DNA from: Deltaproteobacteria bacterium
Lineage (GTDB): Bacteria > Desulfobacterota > Dissulfuribacteria > Dissulfuribacterales > UBA3076
Direction of reading: 5' to 3'
Length of the DNA: 64,000 nt
Assembly (NCBI GenBank): GCA_018399745.1
Contig: JAGYNZ010000005.1
Location: 23,765-87,764 of the forward strand
The notes below the pieces were generated by a model. It searched no databases and was not told where the DNA came from. It saw only the letters and a program-made list of their open reading frames with translations. Below, piece by piece: positions 25,689-35,875 of the stretch (its first letter is position 1; the number at the start of each line of letters is the position of its first letter). The translations under genes and the position numbers were made by a program.

Positions 25689-26719
25689 ACAGGCAATTAC
25701 TGAGTGATATTTCAGACCAGGAAAGGCTTACCCGGGTCTTTGGCCGCATGATGCAAAAGGGCCTTCTGGCCCATGCTTATTTATTGGCGGGGCCCTCAGG
25801 AGCCGGCAAAGAGGCACTTGCCCTCTCCTTTGCAAAGCTGCTCTTGTGTGAAAATCCATATCTTGGCAAGGATCGTTCGATCCCATGCGGCATTTGCGCG
25901 GGGTGCCTAAAATTTGATCACCAGACTCATCCTGATCTCGTAGTCTTAAGGCCTCAAGGGGCAATGATAAAATTGGACCAGATTCGTGATTTGCAAAGGC
26001 ACCTGTCTTTTCCCCCCTTGGATTCTCAACGTAGAGTATGCCTGATAATGGAGGCCCAAAAAATAAATCTTCCAGCTGCGAATGCCCTTTTGAAGACACT
26101 TGAAGAACCCCCTGCCGGTAATCACCTTATTCTTACCGCTGCCTCAGTCAGGATCCTCTTGCCTACCATAGTATCCCGCTGCCAGGTGTTAACCTGTGAA
26201 GGCCTGTCCGTGAGAGCGCTTTTGGAGCGCATTAAAGTAGAAGGCCTTTGCTCCCCTGACTCAGCGCAATTTCTGGCCTGTTTTTCAGAAGGCAGTATCT
26301 TAAGGGCCAAAGATCTGCTTGAGCAGGAGGTCTTTAACGTGCGGAAAGACCTGTTTGAATTTCTGAAAACCAGCAGGGTAAAAGCGCTTTTGAGGCTATT
26401 TGTCCTGTCAAAGCGGATTTCGGGTAAGCGGGAGAATATTCTCCTTGCTGTACAGATAATCCGCACTTTTCTCAGAGATATTATGATGCTTAAAGGGCTT
26501 CGTGGACAGGATTTGAAAGAAAAGAACGAACCGGGTGCTCAGATTCTCTTTAACCCTGACTATGAGAATGAGCTTCAGGAGATCTCTCAGCGATTTACCT
26601 GTCAGGATTTGACAGAGTATTGCCAGTGGCTCGACAAGGTGGAATGGATGCTGGACCGAAATATAAGCAGGGATTTTTTGGCGGAATCGGTCCTCATTTT
26701 CTGGATAAGGAGACCCTGA
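25685..26719 (+). CDS. holB: DNA polymerase III subunit delta'
   Basis: HAYLLAGPSGAGK, PCGICAGC, HPD, ANALLKTLEEPP and LPTIVSRC; GTG start overlaps the upstream stop (alternative start 25664). Confidence 0.9.
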   Translation: MNRQLLSDISDQERLTRVFGRMMQKGLLAHAYLLAGPSGAGKEALALSFAKLLLCENPYLGKDRSIPCGICAGCLKFDHQTHPDLVVLRPQGAMIKLDQIRDLQRHLSFPPLDSQRRVCLIMEAQKINLPAANALLKTLEEPPAGNHLILTAASVRILLPTIVSRCQVLTCEGLSVRALLERIKVEGLCSPDSAQFLACFSEGSILRAKDLLEQEVFNVRKDLFEFLKTSRVKALLRLFVLSKRISGKRENILLAVQIIRTFLRDIMMLKGLRGQDLKEKNEPGAQILFNPDYENELQEISQRFTCQDLTEYCQWLDKVEWMLDRNISRDFLAESVLIFWIRRP

Positions 26720-26801
26720 TAGGATATATACTTTGAACAGTGACCCTAAACGGTGAAAGTCTGCAGGATTTTCCCTGAAAGATCTGGTATCATGTCGGCC
26801 A

Positions 26802-27962
26802 ATGAAAGAAGTAAATATGGTAATGGCAATAGATGAGAAACAATATAACGAATATGATGCATCGCGACCAGATATCAAGGTGCCGGACAGTGGAGAAGGG
26901 TCTAAGGATGAGACATCCATAGTACTTGTCGCAGTCCGCTTCAGACCCAAATGGCCCCCGTCCCACTATAATGCGGGTAATATTTCGTTAATGGATACGG
27001 AATGGGTGGTAGTGCCTACAGATCATGGAATCGAGGTAGGCCAGGTAATGGGCCGCCCCGTTATCATTAAAATGCCGATGAAGGCCCCTCTTCCAAAGGT
27101 GGAACGTTTGGCCAGTACCCATGAAATAGAACTCTACTATCGGAATTTGGATCGGGAAAGGGTTGCCAGGGATGTCTGCGCAGAGCGTGTTCGTGCCCTG
27201 GGTCTTTCCATGAAGCTGGTCAGAGTAGAGAGCTTTTTCGATGGAAGCAAGGTCATTTTTTACTACTCTGCAGAGGGCAGAGTAGATTTCAGGGAATTGG
27301 TAAAAGACCTGGTAAAGATCCTGCGGACAAGGGTGGAAATGTGTCAAATAGGCATAAGACACGAGACCAAAATGATAGGAGGTATAGGCAATTGTGGCCG
27401 TGAGTTCTGTTGCACCAGTTTTTTCAACGATTTTGATCCTGTGTCGATAAAGATGGCCAAAACCCAGAACCTGCCCCTGAATCCAAGCAAAATATCAGGG
27501 ATCTGCGGCAGATTGTTGTGCTGTCTTACCTATGAGTACGGGACATATCTTGATTCAGCCAAGGACATGCCACTACTTGGAAAATCTTGCGACACCCCGG
27601 CCGGGCAAGGCAAGGTTGTGCGCCGGGACATCCTGCGCCAGACCGTAACAGTGGCCTTCCCCGGCGGCACGCAGTTGGAATTCAAAAATTCAGACCTCGA
27701 GCAACATCTTTTGCTGCAAAAGAAAAAGGCTCAATCTTCAAACATAGACAAAAGAAAACAGAAACCAATAAAAACAGATAAACCCGCGGCCCATTCACCA
27801 AAGCAGAAGAGACCTGAAGGCAGGCAGGGAAAAGAGAAAAAGGGGCCGGAAAGATCAACCGACTCCCAGGATAATGTTGGCAGTTCCAAGGGGAGGGCCA
27901 AGGGAAAGAACAGGCATAACAAAGGAAGAAGTGTGCAGTCCAAAGCAAAAAAGAATAAATAG
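26802..27962 (+). CDS. ricT: PSP1/RicT (YaaT) family protein with Lys-rich disordered tail
   Basis: RVDFRELVKDL, IGIRHETK, GNCGREFCC, VSIKMAKTQNLPLNPSKISGICGRLLCCLTYE; holB-ricT-metG synteny. Confidence 0.88.
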   Translation: MKEVNMVMAIDEKQYNEYDASRPDIKVPDSGEGSKDETSIVLVAVRFRPKWPPSHYNAGNISLMDTEWVVVPTDHGIEVGQVMGRPVIIKMPMKAPLPKVERLASTHEIELYYRNLDRERVARDVCAERVRALGLSMKLVRVESFFDGSKVIFYYSAEGRVDFRELVKDLVKILRTRVEMCQIGIRHETKMIGGIGNCGREFCCTSFFNDFDPVSIKMAKTQNLPLNPSKISGICGRLLCCLTYEYGTYLDSAKDMPLLGKSCDTPAGQGKVVRRDILRQTVTVAFPGGTQLEFKNSDLEQHLLLQKKKAQSSNIDKRKQKPIKTDKPAAHSPKQKRPEGRQGKEKKGPERSTDSQDNVGSSKGRAKGKNRHNKGRSVQSKAKKNK

Positions 27963-27985
27963 GATACAATTCAGTAGATTACTCA

Positions 27986-29893
27986 ATGAAAAACAAATTC
28001 TATATAACGACACCTATCTATTACGTAAATGCAGAACCTCATCTGGGGCATGCCTATTCAACGGTGATATCGGATGTGCAAAACCGTTTCCATAAACTTC
28101 GCGGCGAGGAGACCTTTTTCCTGACCGGAACAGATGAACATGGGGACAAGATTGTTCAGGCGGCAGAGAAGCAGGGGACAGATCCAAAGACTTATGCAGA
28201 CAGGATCAGCTCTTTGTTCAGGGAGTCATGGTCCCTTCTGGACACTGAGCCTGACAGGTTTATTCGCACCACAGCACCGGAACATATTGCAACCGTTCAG
28301 CGCATATTGCAGGATGTCTATGACAGAGGGGACATTGTTTTCAAGGAATATGAGGGGCTTTACTGTTTTGGGTGTGAACGTTTTTATATGGAGAGGGAAC
28401 TGAAGGATGGAAAGTGCCCGGACCATGGTACTGTCCCGGTACGGCTGAAGGAAAAAAATTATTTTTTCCTTATGAGCCGCTATCAGGACTGGTTAATAGA
28501 CCATATAAAGAGGCACCCGTTGTTTATCACGCCTGAGCGTTACAGGAATGAAGTACTGTCTTTTTTAAGGGATCCCCTGGATGACCTCTGCATCTCCAGA
28601 CCGGTCAGCCGTCTCACGTGGGGCGTTCCGCTTCCCTTTGACGATAAATTTGTAACCTATGTCTGGTTTGATGCCCTGATCAACTATCTGACCGGCCTGG
28701 GATACCCTGATGACCCCAATTTTTCAAAGTTCTGGCCGGTGGCCGAACATGTCATAGCCAAAGATATCCTGAAGCCACACGGTATTTACTGGCCCACCAT
28801 GCTGAGTGCTATCGGACTCGAGCCCTATAGACGTCTTCATGTCCACGGCTACTGGCAGATCCATGATCAGAAAATGTCCAAGAGCCTTGGAAACGTTATA
28901 CGGCCGGGGGGTCTGGTTAAGTCTTTTGGTGTCGATGCAACCAGATACTGTTTGATACAGGAGATGGTCTTCGGCCTGGATGCCAGGTTCAGCGAAAACG
29001 CATTCCTGTTGAGGATCAACGCTGATCTTGCCAATGATCTGGGGAATCTTCTGAGTCGTACCCTGGCCATGGTTTTGAAATATGCAGAGGGTGAGGTCCC
29101 GGCATCTCAAGGACAGGATGGGGTGGAGAAAGAACTCCGCGAGGCTGTTCTCAGGCTGGTACCTGAATGGGAAAAGACCATGGAGTCTTTTGCAATGCAC
29201 AGGGCCATGCAGGCGGTCTGGGAGGTAATAAACCTGGCAAACAAGGTGATTGATACCTCTGCCCCGTGGATTTTGGCCAAGAATCCGGCCAAGGCCGGCC
29301 GGCTGAGGAATGTTCTCTATACTCTCCTTGAATCTCTTCGCATTTTTTCCATCCTCATATATCCGGTGATGCCCTCAACCGCCAGGAAAATGCAGGAGGC
29401 CCTGGGGCTTGATCCACAGAAAGACCTGGATCTGAGCGCGGCGCGGCGATGGGGAGTCCTGATCCCCGGGACCAGGACCTCACGCATACCCTCGCTGTTC
29501 CCAAGGTTGGAAACAGGCAAGGCAAAGGACAACAGGGAAGTCAAAAGAGGGCCTGTGGCTGAAGATAGGGTAAAACAGATTGCCTTTGAAGATTTTAAAC
29601 AGATAGATCTCAGGGTGGCAACGATAACGGCAGCTGAGAGGGTGCCCAAGGCGGACAGGCTTATTAAGCTCAATGTCAGCTGTCCGGAAGAACGAACTAT
29701 AGTTGCCGGTATTGCAGAATACTTTTCACCTGAAGATCTGGTCGACAGACAGGTAGTTGTGGTGGCCAACCTTAAGCCGGTAAAAATCAGGGGGATACGG
29801 TCCGAGGGAATGCTGCTGGTGGCCAAAGACGATAGCGGTCTTCACTTGACCACCACGGCCACTCCGGCGGAATCAGGGGCAAAGGTAAGATAA
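27986..29893 (+). CDS. metG: Methionyl-tRNA synthetase with C-terminal tRNA-binding OB domain
   Basis: YITTPIYYVN..HLGH, GTDEHG, YVWFDAL, KMSKS, LANDLGNL and VVANLKP...SEGMLL. Confidence 0.96.
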   Translation: MKNKFYITTPIYYVNAEPHLGHAYSTVISDVQNRFHKLRGEETFFLTGTDEHGDKIVQAAEKQGTDPKTYADRISSLFRESWSLLDTEPDRFIRTTAPEHIATVQRILQDVYDRGDIVFKEYEGLYCFGCERFYMERELKDGKCPDHGTVPVRLKEKNYFFLMSRYQDWLIDHIKRHPLFITPERYRNEVLSFLRDPLDDLCISRPVSRLTWGVPLPFDDKFVTYVWFDALINYLTGLGYPDDPNFSKFWPVAEHVIAKDILKPHGIYWPTMLSAIGLEPYRRLHVHGYWQIHDQKMSKSLGNVIRPGGLVKSFGVDATRYCLIQEMVFGLDARFSENAFLLRINADLANDLGNLLSRTLAMVLKYAEGEVPASQGQDGVEKELREAVLRLVPEWEKTMESFAMHRAMQAVWEVINLANKVIDTSAPWILAKNPAKAGRLRNVLYTLLESLRIFSILIYPVMPSTARKMQEALGLDPQKDLDLSAARRWGVLIPGTRTSRIPSLFPRLETGKAKDNREVKRGPVAEDRVKQIAFEDFKQIDLRVATITAAERVPKADRLIKLNVSCPEERTIVAGIAEYFSPEDLVDRQVVVVANLKPVKIRGIRSEGMLLVAKDDSGLHLTTTATPAESGAKVR

Positions 29894-29897
29894 TTTC

Positions 29898-31880
29898 ATG
29901 GACGCCAAGACCATCATACTCGGTACCGCCGGTCATATTGATCACGGGAAGACCGCTCTGGTCAAAGCCCTTACCGGGACAGATACGGATAGGCTGAAAG
30001 AGGAAAAGGAGCGGGGGATCACTATTGAACTGGGTTTTGCCCTTCTTTCCCTCCCTTCAGGCCGGCAGATGGGGGTGGTGGACGTCCCGGGTCATGAACG
30101 TTTTGTAAAAAACATGGTGGCCGGGGCCATGGGGATGGACCTCGTTGTCCTCGTGGTGGCTGCTGACGAAGGGATAATGCCCCAGACCACAGAACATATG
30201 GAGATATGCCGGCTCCTTGGTATCAAGAAGGGGCTTGTTGTCCTGACCAAGAAGGACCTTGTGGAACAGGAATGGCTGGAAATGGTCATTGATGACGTTG
30301 GTGATTTTGTCTCCGGCACATTTCTGGAAGATGCACCGGTGCTGGCCGTCTCTTCAGTTACAGGTGAAGGCCTTGACGAACTCCTCGATGTCCTGGAGAA
30401 GATGGCGTCGGAGGTGATGCCGAGAGCACCATTCGGGCCATATCGTCTTCCGGTTGACAGGGTATTCAGCGTAAAAGGCTTTGGTACTGTTGTCACCGGT
30501 ACTTCTATCTCAGGGCAGATCGGATTGGGAGACGATATATCTATTTACCCTAAAGGACGGACTGCCAGGATTCGAGGCATTCAGGTCCATGAAAAGAATG
30601 CCCAGGAGGCCCATCCGGGAATGCGTACGGCCCTCAATCTACAGGGCATAGATACTGAGGATGTCAACAGGGGAGACGTTGTGGCTACTCCAGGGAGCCT
30701 GCATGCGAGCTATCTTGTTGACTTGAATTTTCTCTATCTTGCCAGCGCAGGTCGTCCTCTGCGGCACAGGAGTCCTGTTCGCTTTCACGTGGGAACAGCC
30801 GAGGTTATGGGAAGGGTCCTGCTGCAGAAAAATGAGCTTGTTCCTGGTTCAGAGACCTATATCCAGATAATGCTGAAGGAGCCGGTGGCAGTACTCTCAC
30901 AGGATCACTATGTTATCAGGAGTTATTCACCTATCCGCACTATTGGCGGCGGAAGGATTCTCCACCCTGTTCCCAGAAAACGTAAGCGGACCCGGCCTGG
31001 TCTGTGGACAGAGTTGGATATACTGGCCAAGGGCGGACCCAGTGATATTATCGGTTATCATATTGAGCGCGCAGGTGTGAGGGGTCTTTTAAAGTCTGAA
31101 CTGGCGATGCGCAGCAGTATCTATGGGAAGCGCCTTGACCGGGAACTTGATCCCCTTCTCAGTTCCAGAAAAATTATAAGCTTTGAGGAGGAGGGGCAGA
31201 GATTCATTCACAATAAGGTTTACAATACCCTGAAGGAACAGGTATTGAATATCCTGAATGCATTTCACAGTGACAATCCCCTTGTCCAGGGTCTGTCCAA
31301 AGAGGAGCTGAGGTCCCGCCTTTTCACCACAGCCGGAGTTTCGAGATCCGTATTCCGGTCTCCAAACCGCCAAACCGCCAGATCTCCGAATCAGAGGCTG
31401 TTTCAGATGCTCCTTTCCGATCTTGTCAAATCAGCAAAGATTGCACAGGAAAAGGATCTTGTCCGGCTTTCCAGCCACTATGTGATTCTGGGAGATGAAG
31501 AAAAAGAACTTCGAAGCAGACTTGAACTTATCTTCAAACAGGCCAATTTTCAGCCGCCTTTTCGTGAAGAAGCACTCAGCCGTGTGACAGGGCATGAGAA
31601 AGCGGCGGAAAATATATTTAATTTGATGGTCAGAGAAGGGATTCTAATACGTCTTAAGGACGATCTTTATTTTCACCACAGCGTCCTGGATAAAATTAAA
31701 GACATGGTCATTCGTTTCATCAGAGAGCACGGCGATCTCGGCATAAACGAATTTCGGGATCTTGCCGGAGGGCTTTCCAGAAAATATATGATTCCGCTGC
31801 TTGAATACCTGGACAACCAGCGCGTGACTATTCGAATAGGTGATAAACGCAAGCTGCGCGGAGGAAATGTTGAATGTTAA
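29898..31880 (+). CDS. selB: Selenocysteine-specific elongation factor
   Basis: [48 protein letters not shown] and the C-terminal winged helix [14 protein letters not shown]. Confidence 0.95.
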   Translation: MDAKTIILGTAGHIDHGKTALVKALTGTDTDRLKEEKERGITIELGFALLSLPSGRQMGVVDVPGHERFVKNMVAGAMGMDLVVLVVAADEGIMPQTTEHMEICRLLGIKKGLVVLTKKDLVEQEWLEMVIDDVGDFVSGTFLEDAPVLAVSSVTGEGLDELLDVLEKMASEVMPRAPFGPYRLPVDRVFSVKGFGTVVTGTSISGQIGLGDDISIYPKGRTARIRGIQVHEKNAQEAHPGMRTALNLQGIDTEDVNRGDVVATPGSLHASYLVDLNFLYLASAGRPLRHRSPVRFHVGTAEVMGRVLLQKNELVPGSETYIQIMLKEPVAVLSQDHYVIRSYSPIRTIGGGRILHPVPRKRKRTRPGLWTELDILAKGGPSDIIGYHIERAGVRGLLKSELAMRSSIYGKRLDRELDPLLSSRKIISFEEEGQRFIHNKVYNTLKEQVLNILNAFHSDNPLVQGLSKEELRSRLFTTAGVSRSVFRSPNRQTARSPNQRLFQMLLSDLVKSAKIAQEKDLVRLSSHYVILGDEEKELRSRLELIFKQANFQPPFREEALSRVTGHEKAAENIFNLMVREGILIRLKDDLYFHHSVLDKIKDMVIRFIREHGDLGINEFRDLAGGLSRKYMIPLLEYLDNQRVTIRIGDKRKLRGGNVEC

Positions 31881-31953
31881 ATTTTGAATGCTGAATTGTG
31901 GAAGAAAAATTTAAAAGACATATACCTTAATTCAACATTCAAAATTCAAAATT
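31866..31953. repeat. Inverted heptamer-array element (AATKYTR)n ... AATTCAACATTCAAAATTCAAAATT
   Basis: Left array 31866-31897 contains the selB stop; right array 31929-31953 is its reverse complement (about 22/25 matches). Confidence 0.7.
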
Positions 31954-31962
31954 GTCTATAAA

Positions 31963-33552
31963 ATGCTTCCCAAGTCTCTTTACTCAAAGCTGCAAAAGGC
32001 CATGGACGAGCGACTCGCCCAAATGGATTCAGGATATGAAGCCAAAGGGATAAACCGCAGCTTTGCAGTCACATTTGAACTCGTTCCCGCCAGGGCATCA
32101 AAGGGCAAGGCCATTGACGAAATCCTGCGTTTTGCAAGAGAGGCGGCGAATGACGGCTTGATCAGTGCCCTTTCCATAACAGATAACGCCGGAGGACACC
32201 CGGCACTTTCTCCAGGGGCCCTTGGCTCCGAGATAATGGATTTCGGGATCGATTCAATTATCCACTTTTCCTGCAAGGACAAAAACCGTAATCTTGTTGA
32301 GAGCCAGCTCTTTGTGCTGGACCGGTCAGGAATTAAAAACCTGTTGGTGCTGACCGGAGACTATCCCAGATACGGATTCATGGGAAATGCCAAACCTGTC
32401 TTCGATCTGGATTCAGTCCAGGTTTTGGGCATGATCTCCGATATGAACCAGGGATTTGTCCTTAATCCCAAGGCACCGTTCGGCGGTGTAAAACTGGCCC
32501 CCATGAGTTTTCATGCCGGCTGTGTGGTATCTCCTTTTAAACGCCTGGAGTCCGAGCTCATCCCTCAATACCTGAAACTCAAGCGTAAAGTCCATGCCGG
32601 GGCAAGGTTTGTGATAACACAAATGGGTTTTGATGTACGCAAATTCGATGAGCTGAGACGATTTATGGACAGGGAAGGTCTCAAGGTCCCCCTTTTAGGG
32701 ACCGTATTTATACCAACCATAAAACTGGCCAGAATACTGTGCAGAGGTGAAATTCCAGGGTGCGTTCTGCCGGGCAGGCTTCTGGAACGCATGGAACAGG
32801 AGGCCCTGTCGAATGACCGGGGAGAAAGTGCCAGGCTGGAGCGCGCAGCCATGCTGGTGTCAATACTGAAAGGTCTTGGCTATGAGGGCGTACATATCAG
32901 CGGTCCCTGCCTCAAATATGCGCATGTTAAATGGGTCGTCGAGCGGGCCAATGAGATAGGCGAACGATGGAAGCCCTTTATACACCATTTTGTTTTTCCA
33001 GAGGAATGGAGCTTCTGGTATTTCAAGGAAGATCCTGAAACCAGGCTCAATCGTGATGAGCCGAATCCAGGTTCAGACGCTGGTCTTTCCCTCAAGGATT
33101 CACTGGGTTTGGGTCTTGGACGCCTTTTCCACGGGCTTGCCTTTGAGCCGGAGAGGCCTTTTTTCAATTCCCTGCAGAGGATGGCTGAGTGGATTGATGG
33201 TTCATCTTCAAAAGGGTACTTTACCTCTTTTGAACACAGGGTAAAAGATTGGCTGTATGATTGCCGTCGCTGTGGAGATTGTACTTTAGGAGAAATGGGT
33301 TTTCTCTGTCCCCAGTCCCAGTGTCCCAAGTCCCTTCTGAATGGTCCCTGCGGAGGCAGCAGAGATGGCTGGTGCGAGGTCTGGCCTGGAAGGCGGGAGT
33401 GTTTTTATGTAAGGGTATATGAACGACTTCGAGTCCTTGGTAAACAGGAAAGCCTGGCCGGTCCCCGTGTTCCTCCAAGAGACTGGGCACTCGACAGTAC
33501 CTCCTCATGGCTGAACTTCTACCTGGGGAGGGATCATCATAGGCTCAGATGA
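31963..33552 (+). CDS. metF: Methylenetetrahydrofolate reductase MetF fused to C-terminal Cys-rich MetV-like (MTHFR_C) domain
   Basis: TFELVP, SITDN, HFSCKDKNR, LVLTGDYP, FDLDSV and GARFVITQMGFD; C-terminal CRRCGDC...CPQSQCPKSLLNGPCGG....CEV. Confidence 0.85.
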   Translation: MLPKSLYSKLQKAMDERLAQMDSGYEAKGINRSFAVTFELVPARASKGKAIDEILRFAREAANDGLISALSITDNAGGHPALSPGALGSEIMDFGIDSIIHFSCKDKNRNLVESQLFVLDRSGIKNLLVLTGDYPRYGFMGNAKPVFDLDSVQVLGMISDMNQGFVLNPKAPFGGVKLAPMSFHAGCVVSPFKRLESELIPQYLKLKRKVHAGARFVITQMGFDVRKFDELRRFMDREGLKVPLLGTVFIPTIKLARILCRGEIPGCVLPGRLLERMEQEALSNDRGESARLERAAMLVSILKGLGYEGVHISGPCLKYAHVKWVVERANEIGERWKPFIHHFVFPEEWSFWYFKEDPETRLNRDEPNPGSDAGLSLKDSLGLGLGRLFHGLAFEPERPFFNSLQRMAEWIDGSSSKGYFTSFEHRVKDWLYDCRRCGDCTLGEMGFLCPQSQCPKSLLNGPCGGSRDGWCEVWPGRRECFYVRVYERLRVLGKQESLAGPRVPPRDWALDSTSSWLNFYLGRDHHRLR

Positions 33553-33606
33553 TTGAGGGAATGAAGGATTGAGTTGTTTGTGTGCTGTAGTTAAATTATA
33601 AAAACG

Positions 33607-33730
33607 GATTCCGCTCAAAATGCTCCAGATGCAAGGCGCAAAATTTTCGAGGAATGAGGAGTACTTAGCGTACGTCGCAGTGACGAGGAAATTGAAGCAA
33701 CGAAGCAGATGGAGTATTTTCAGCGGAATC
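33607..33730. repeat. Palindromic MITE/REP-like intergenic element with 21-bp terminal inverted repeats
   Basis: GATTCCGCTCAAAATGCTCCA / TGGAGTATTTTCAGCGGAATC (2 mismatches) enclose GCAAGGCGCA...GAGGAATGAGGAGTAC..GTACGTCGCAGTGACGAG; partial inverted copy at 56599-56651. Confidence 0.7.
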
Positions 33731-33831
33731 AGACTGAAAAAATTCAGTTGACAACAAAGGGTATTAGGTGAATTCATAGAATTATGATTGTTAAAAGTGG
33801 TTTGCTGGTGCTTCATTGAGGTATAATCAAC

Positions 33832-35031
33832 ATGGATACACTGAAAAAGATCAATCCTTCAAGACGAACAGAGCATATTGCCTATGCCATCAGGGATATC
33901 ATACTGGTAGCTGATAAGAGAAAGGCCGGCGGAGGTGACCTGTTTTATCTTAATATAGGAGATCCTGTGCTGTTTGATTTTCACACGCCCGGACACCTCA
34001 TAGATGCCTGCTATAAGGCAATGCTGGATCATTACACAGGTTATTCCGCCTCCGATGGAGTGCCGGAGGCCATTGAGGCCGTGAGAAAAGATGCCGTGAA
34101 AAGCGGTATAGAGCCTTATGAGATAATGATTACCACGGGTGCCAGTGAGGCCATTGATTTTGCGCTTTCGGCCCTGGTTAACAGGGGCGAAAATGTCCTT
34201 GTCCCATCACCGGGCTATCCCCTTTACAATGCGCTTCTCAGCCGCCTGATCGGTGAAGCCAGACCTTATTTGCTGGACGAAGACAATGCCTGGCAGCCCG
34301 ATATTGATCACTTAGAGAAACAGATAGATGAAAATACGCGGGCAATTGTGATCATAAACCCCAACAATCCTACAGGTGCCGTTTATAGTGAGGATACACT
34401 GCGTAAGGTAGTAGAACTGGCAAGGCGTTATAACCTGGTAATTTTCAGTGACGAGATATATGATAAACTCATACTGAACGGCCAGCGACACATCAGTACG
34501 GCCTCACTGGACAAAGAACTTCCTATCGTGACCTTTAACGGCCTTTCCAAGTGTTACCTTGCCCCTGGATTCCGTATCGGATGGTCCGTAGTAAGCGGGG
34601 CTAAAGAGCTGGTGGAGGATTATACCGAGGCCATGAAAAAGCTCGCGCGGGCAAGGCTCTGCGCCTCTCACCCAAAGCAGTTTGCAATAGCGTGCGCCCT
34701 GAACGGTGATCATATACATATAAAGGAGGCCACGGGAAAACTGATCAGGCGCAGGGACCTGACGGTCGAGAGGCTGAATGCCATTCCGGGCATATCCTGC
34801 CAGAGACCTGACGGGGCATTCTATGCCTTTCCCAGGATCGAGGAGGATGTAGATGACAAGGAATTCGTAAAAGGCCTTATCCGTGAGACCGGTGTCGTCG
34901 TCGTTCACGGCAGCGGCTTTGGCCCTCTGCCTGAGACCCCGCATTTCCGCGTGGTCTTTCTTCCTCCCGAGGCCATCTTAAACGAGGCATATGACAGGCT
35001 GGAAGGATATATGAAGAGGCATTTCAGCTAG
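33832..35031 (+). CDS. Class I/II PLP aminotransferase (AlaA-like)
   Basis: LNIGDP, TGASEAI, PGYPLY, INPNNPTG, SDEIYD, GLSK...PGFRIGW, GAFYAFP and HFRVV. Confidence 0.9.
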   Translation: MDTLKKINPSRRTEHIAYAIRDIILVADKRKAGGGDLFYLNIGDPVLFDFHTPGHLIDACYKAMLDHYTGYSASDGVPEAIEAVRKDAVKSGIEPYEIMITTGASEAIDFALSALVNRGENVLVPSPGYPLYNALLSRLIGEARPYLLDEDNAWQPDIDHLEKQIDENTRAIVIINPNNPTGAVYSEDTLRKVVELARRYNLVIFSDEIYDKLILNGQRHISTASLDKELPIVTFNGLSKCYLAPGFRIGWSVVSGAKELVEDYTEAMKKLARARLCASHPKQFAIACALNGDHIHIKEATGKLIRRRDLTVERLNAIPGISCQRPDGAFYAFPRIEEDVDDKEFVKGLIRETGVVVVHGSGFGPLPETPHFRVVFLPPEAILNEAYDRLEGYMKRHFS

Positions 35032-35047
35032 TCAGTAATCTCTGTAA

Positions 35048-35875
35048 ATGACCAATAGAGTATCAAGTAAAATCATAGCTGATTTTGGAAGACAATGGAC
35101 TAATTATACTGAAAATACAGGCTATTACGCTTCAGCAGACTTCCTTGACGACCTGTTTGGACCCCTGATTGACAAGGAATCCATAAAAGGGCGAAAAATA
35201 GCAGACGTGGGTGCAGGTACAGGAAGATTCGTAAAGATGTTTCACGAACTCGGTGCCAAACACATTTTGGCCCTGGAGCCGTCTTCCGCAATAGATGTCT
35301 TGAAAGAAAGTACCAGTCACATGGAAAACGTTGAATATCTGCAGACCACCGCCGATCGCCTGCCTGCCGACAATTTTGATTTGGTCTTTTGTATAGGCGT
35401 GCTGCAGTTTATTCCTGAACCTGTCAGTGCACTCAGGGCCATGGGAAAGGCTCTTTCACCAAATGGTCATCTGTTCCTGTGGGTTTATGGACAGGAAAAT
35501 AACAAGGCCTACCTGACTCTGGTGCGCCCTCTGCGTCTTATTACCGCCCGATTGCCGCATCCATTCCTGGCTGCCTTGAGCAGCCTGCTGCTGCCTCCTG
35601 CCAATCTCTACTCGTTTCTTTGCCGCCACCTCAGTTTGCCCCTGGCGGAATACATGCGCAATTATTTTGAACAGCTGGATCAATACAGCAGAAAACTGGT
35701 GATTTACGATCAACTCAATCCACGAATGGCACGTTATTACCAAAAGGACGAATTGCAGAGACTTCTGGAAGAAAGCGGCTTTAACGATATCCAAATGTAC
35801 CATAGGCTGGGTTACAGTTGGAGCGTATTGGCCGGTCACAAAGGCACTTCGTCAGCAATTCCCCCAGACCACTGA
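35048..35875 (+). CDS. Class I SAM-dependent methyltransferase
   Basis: IADVGAGTGRF, FDLVFCIGVLQF and LSPNG.LFLWVY. Confidence 0.82.
   Translation: MTNRVSSKIIADFGRQWTNYTENTGYYASADFLDDLFGPLIDKESIKGRKIADVGAGTGRFVKMFHELGAKHILALEPSSAIDVLKESTSHMENVEYLQTTADRLPADNFDLVFCIGVLQFIPEPVSALRAMGKALSPNGHLFLWVYGQENNKAYLTLVRPLRLITARLPHPFLAALSSLLLPPANLYSFLCRHLSLPLAEYMRNYFEQLDQYSRKLVIYDQLNPRMARYYQKDELQRLLEESGFNDIQMYHRLGYSWSVLAGHKGTSSAIPPDH

Noticed and set aside
35852..35875. 24-nt tail-to-tail overlap of two methyltransferase genes
   Set aside because: Short convergent overlaps are common and need no special explanation.
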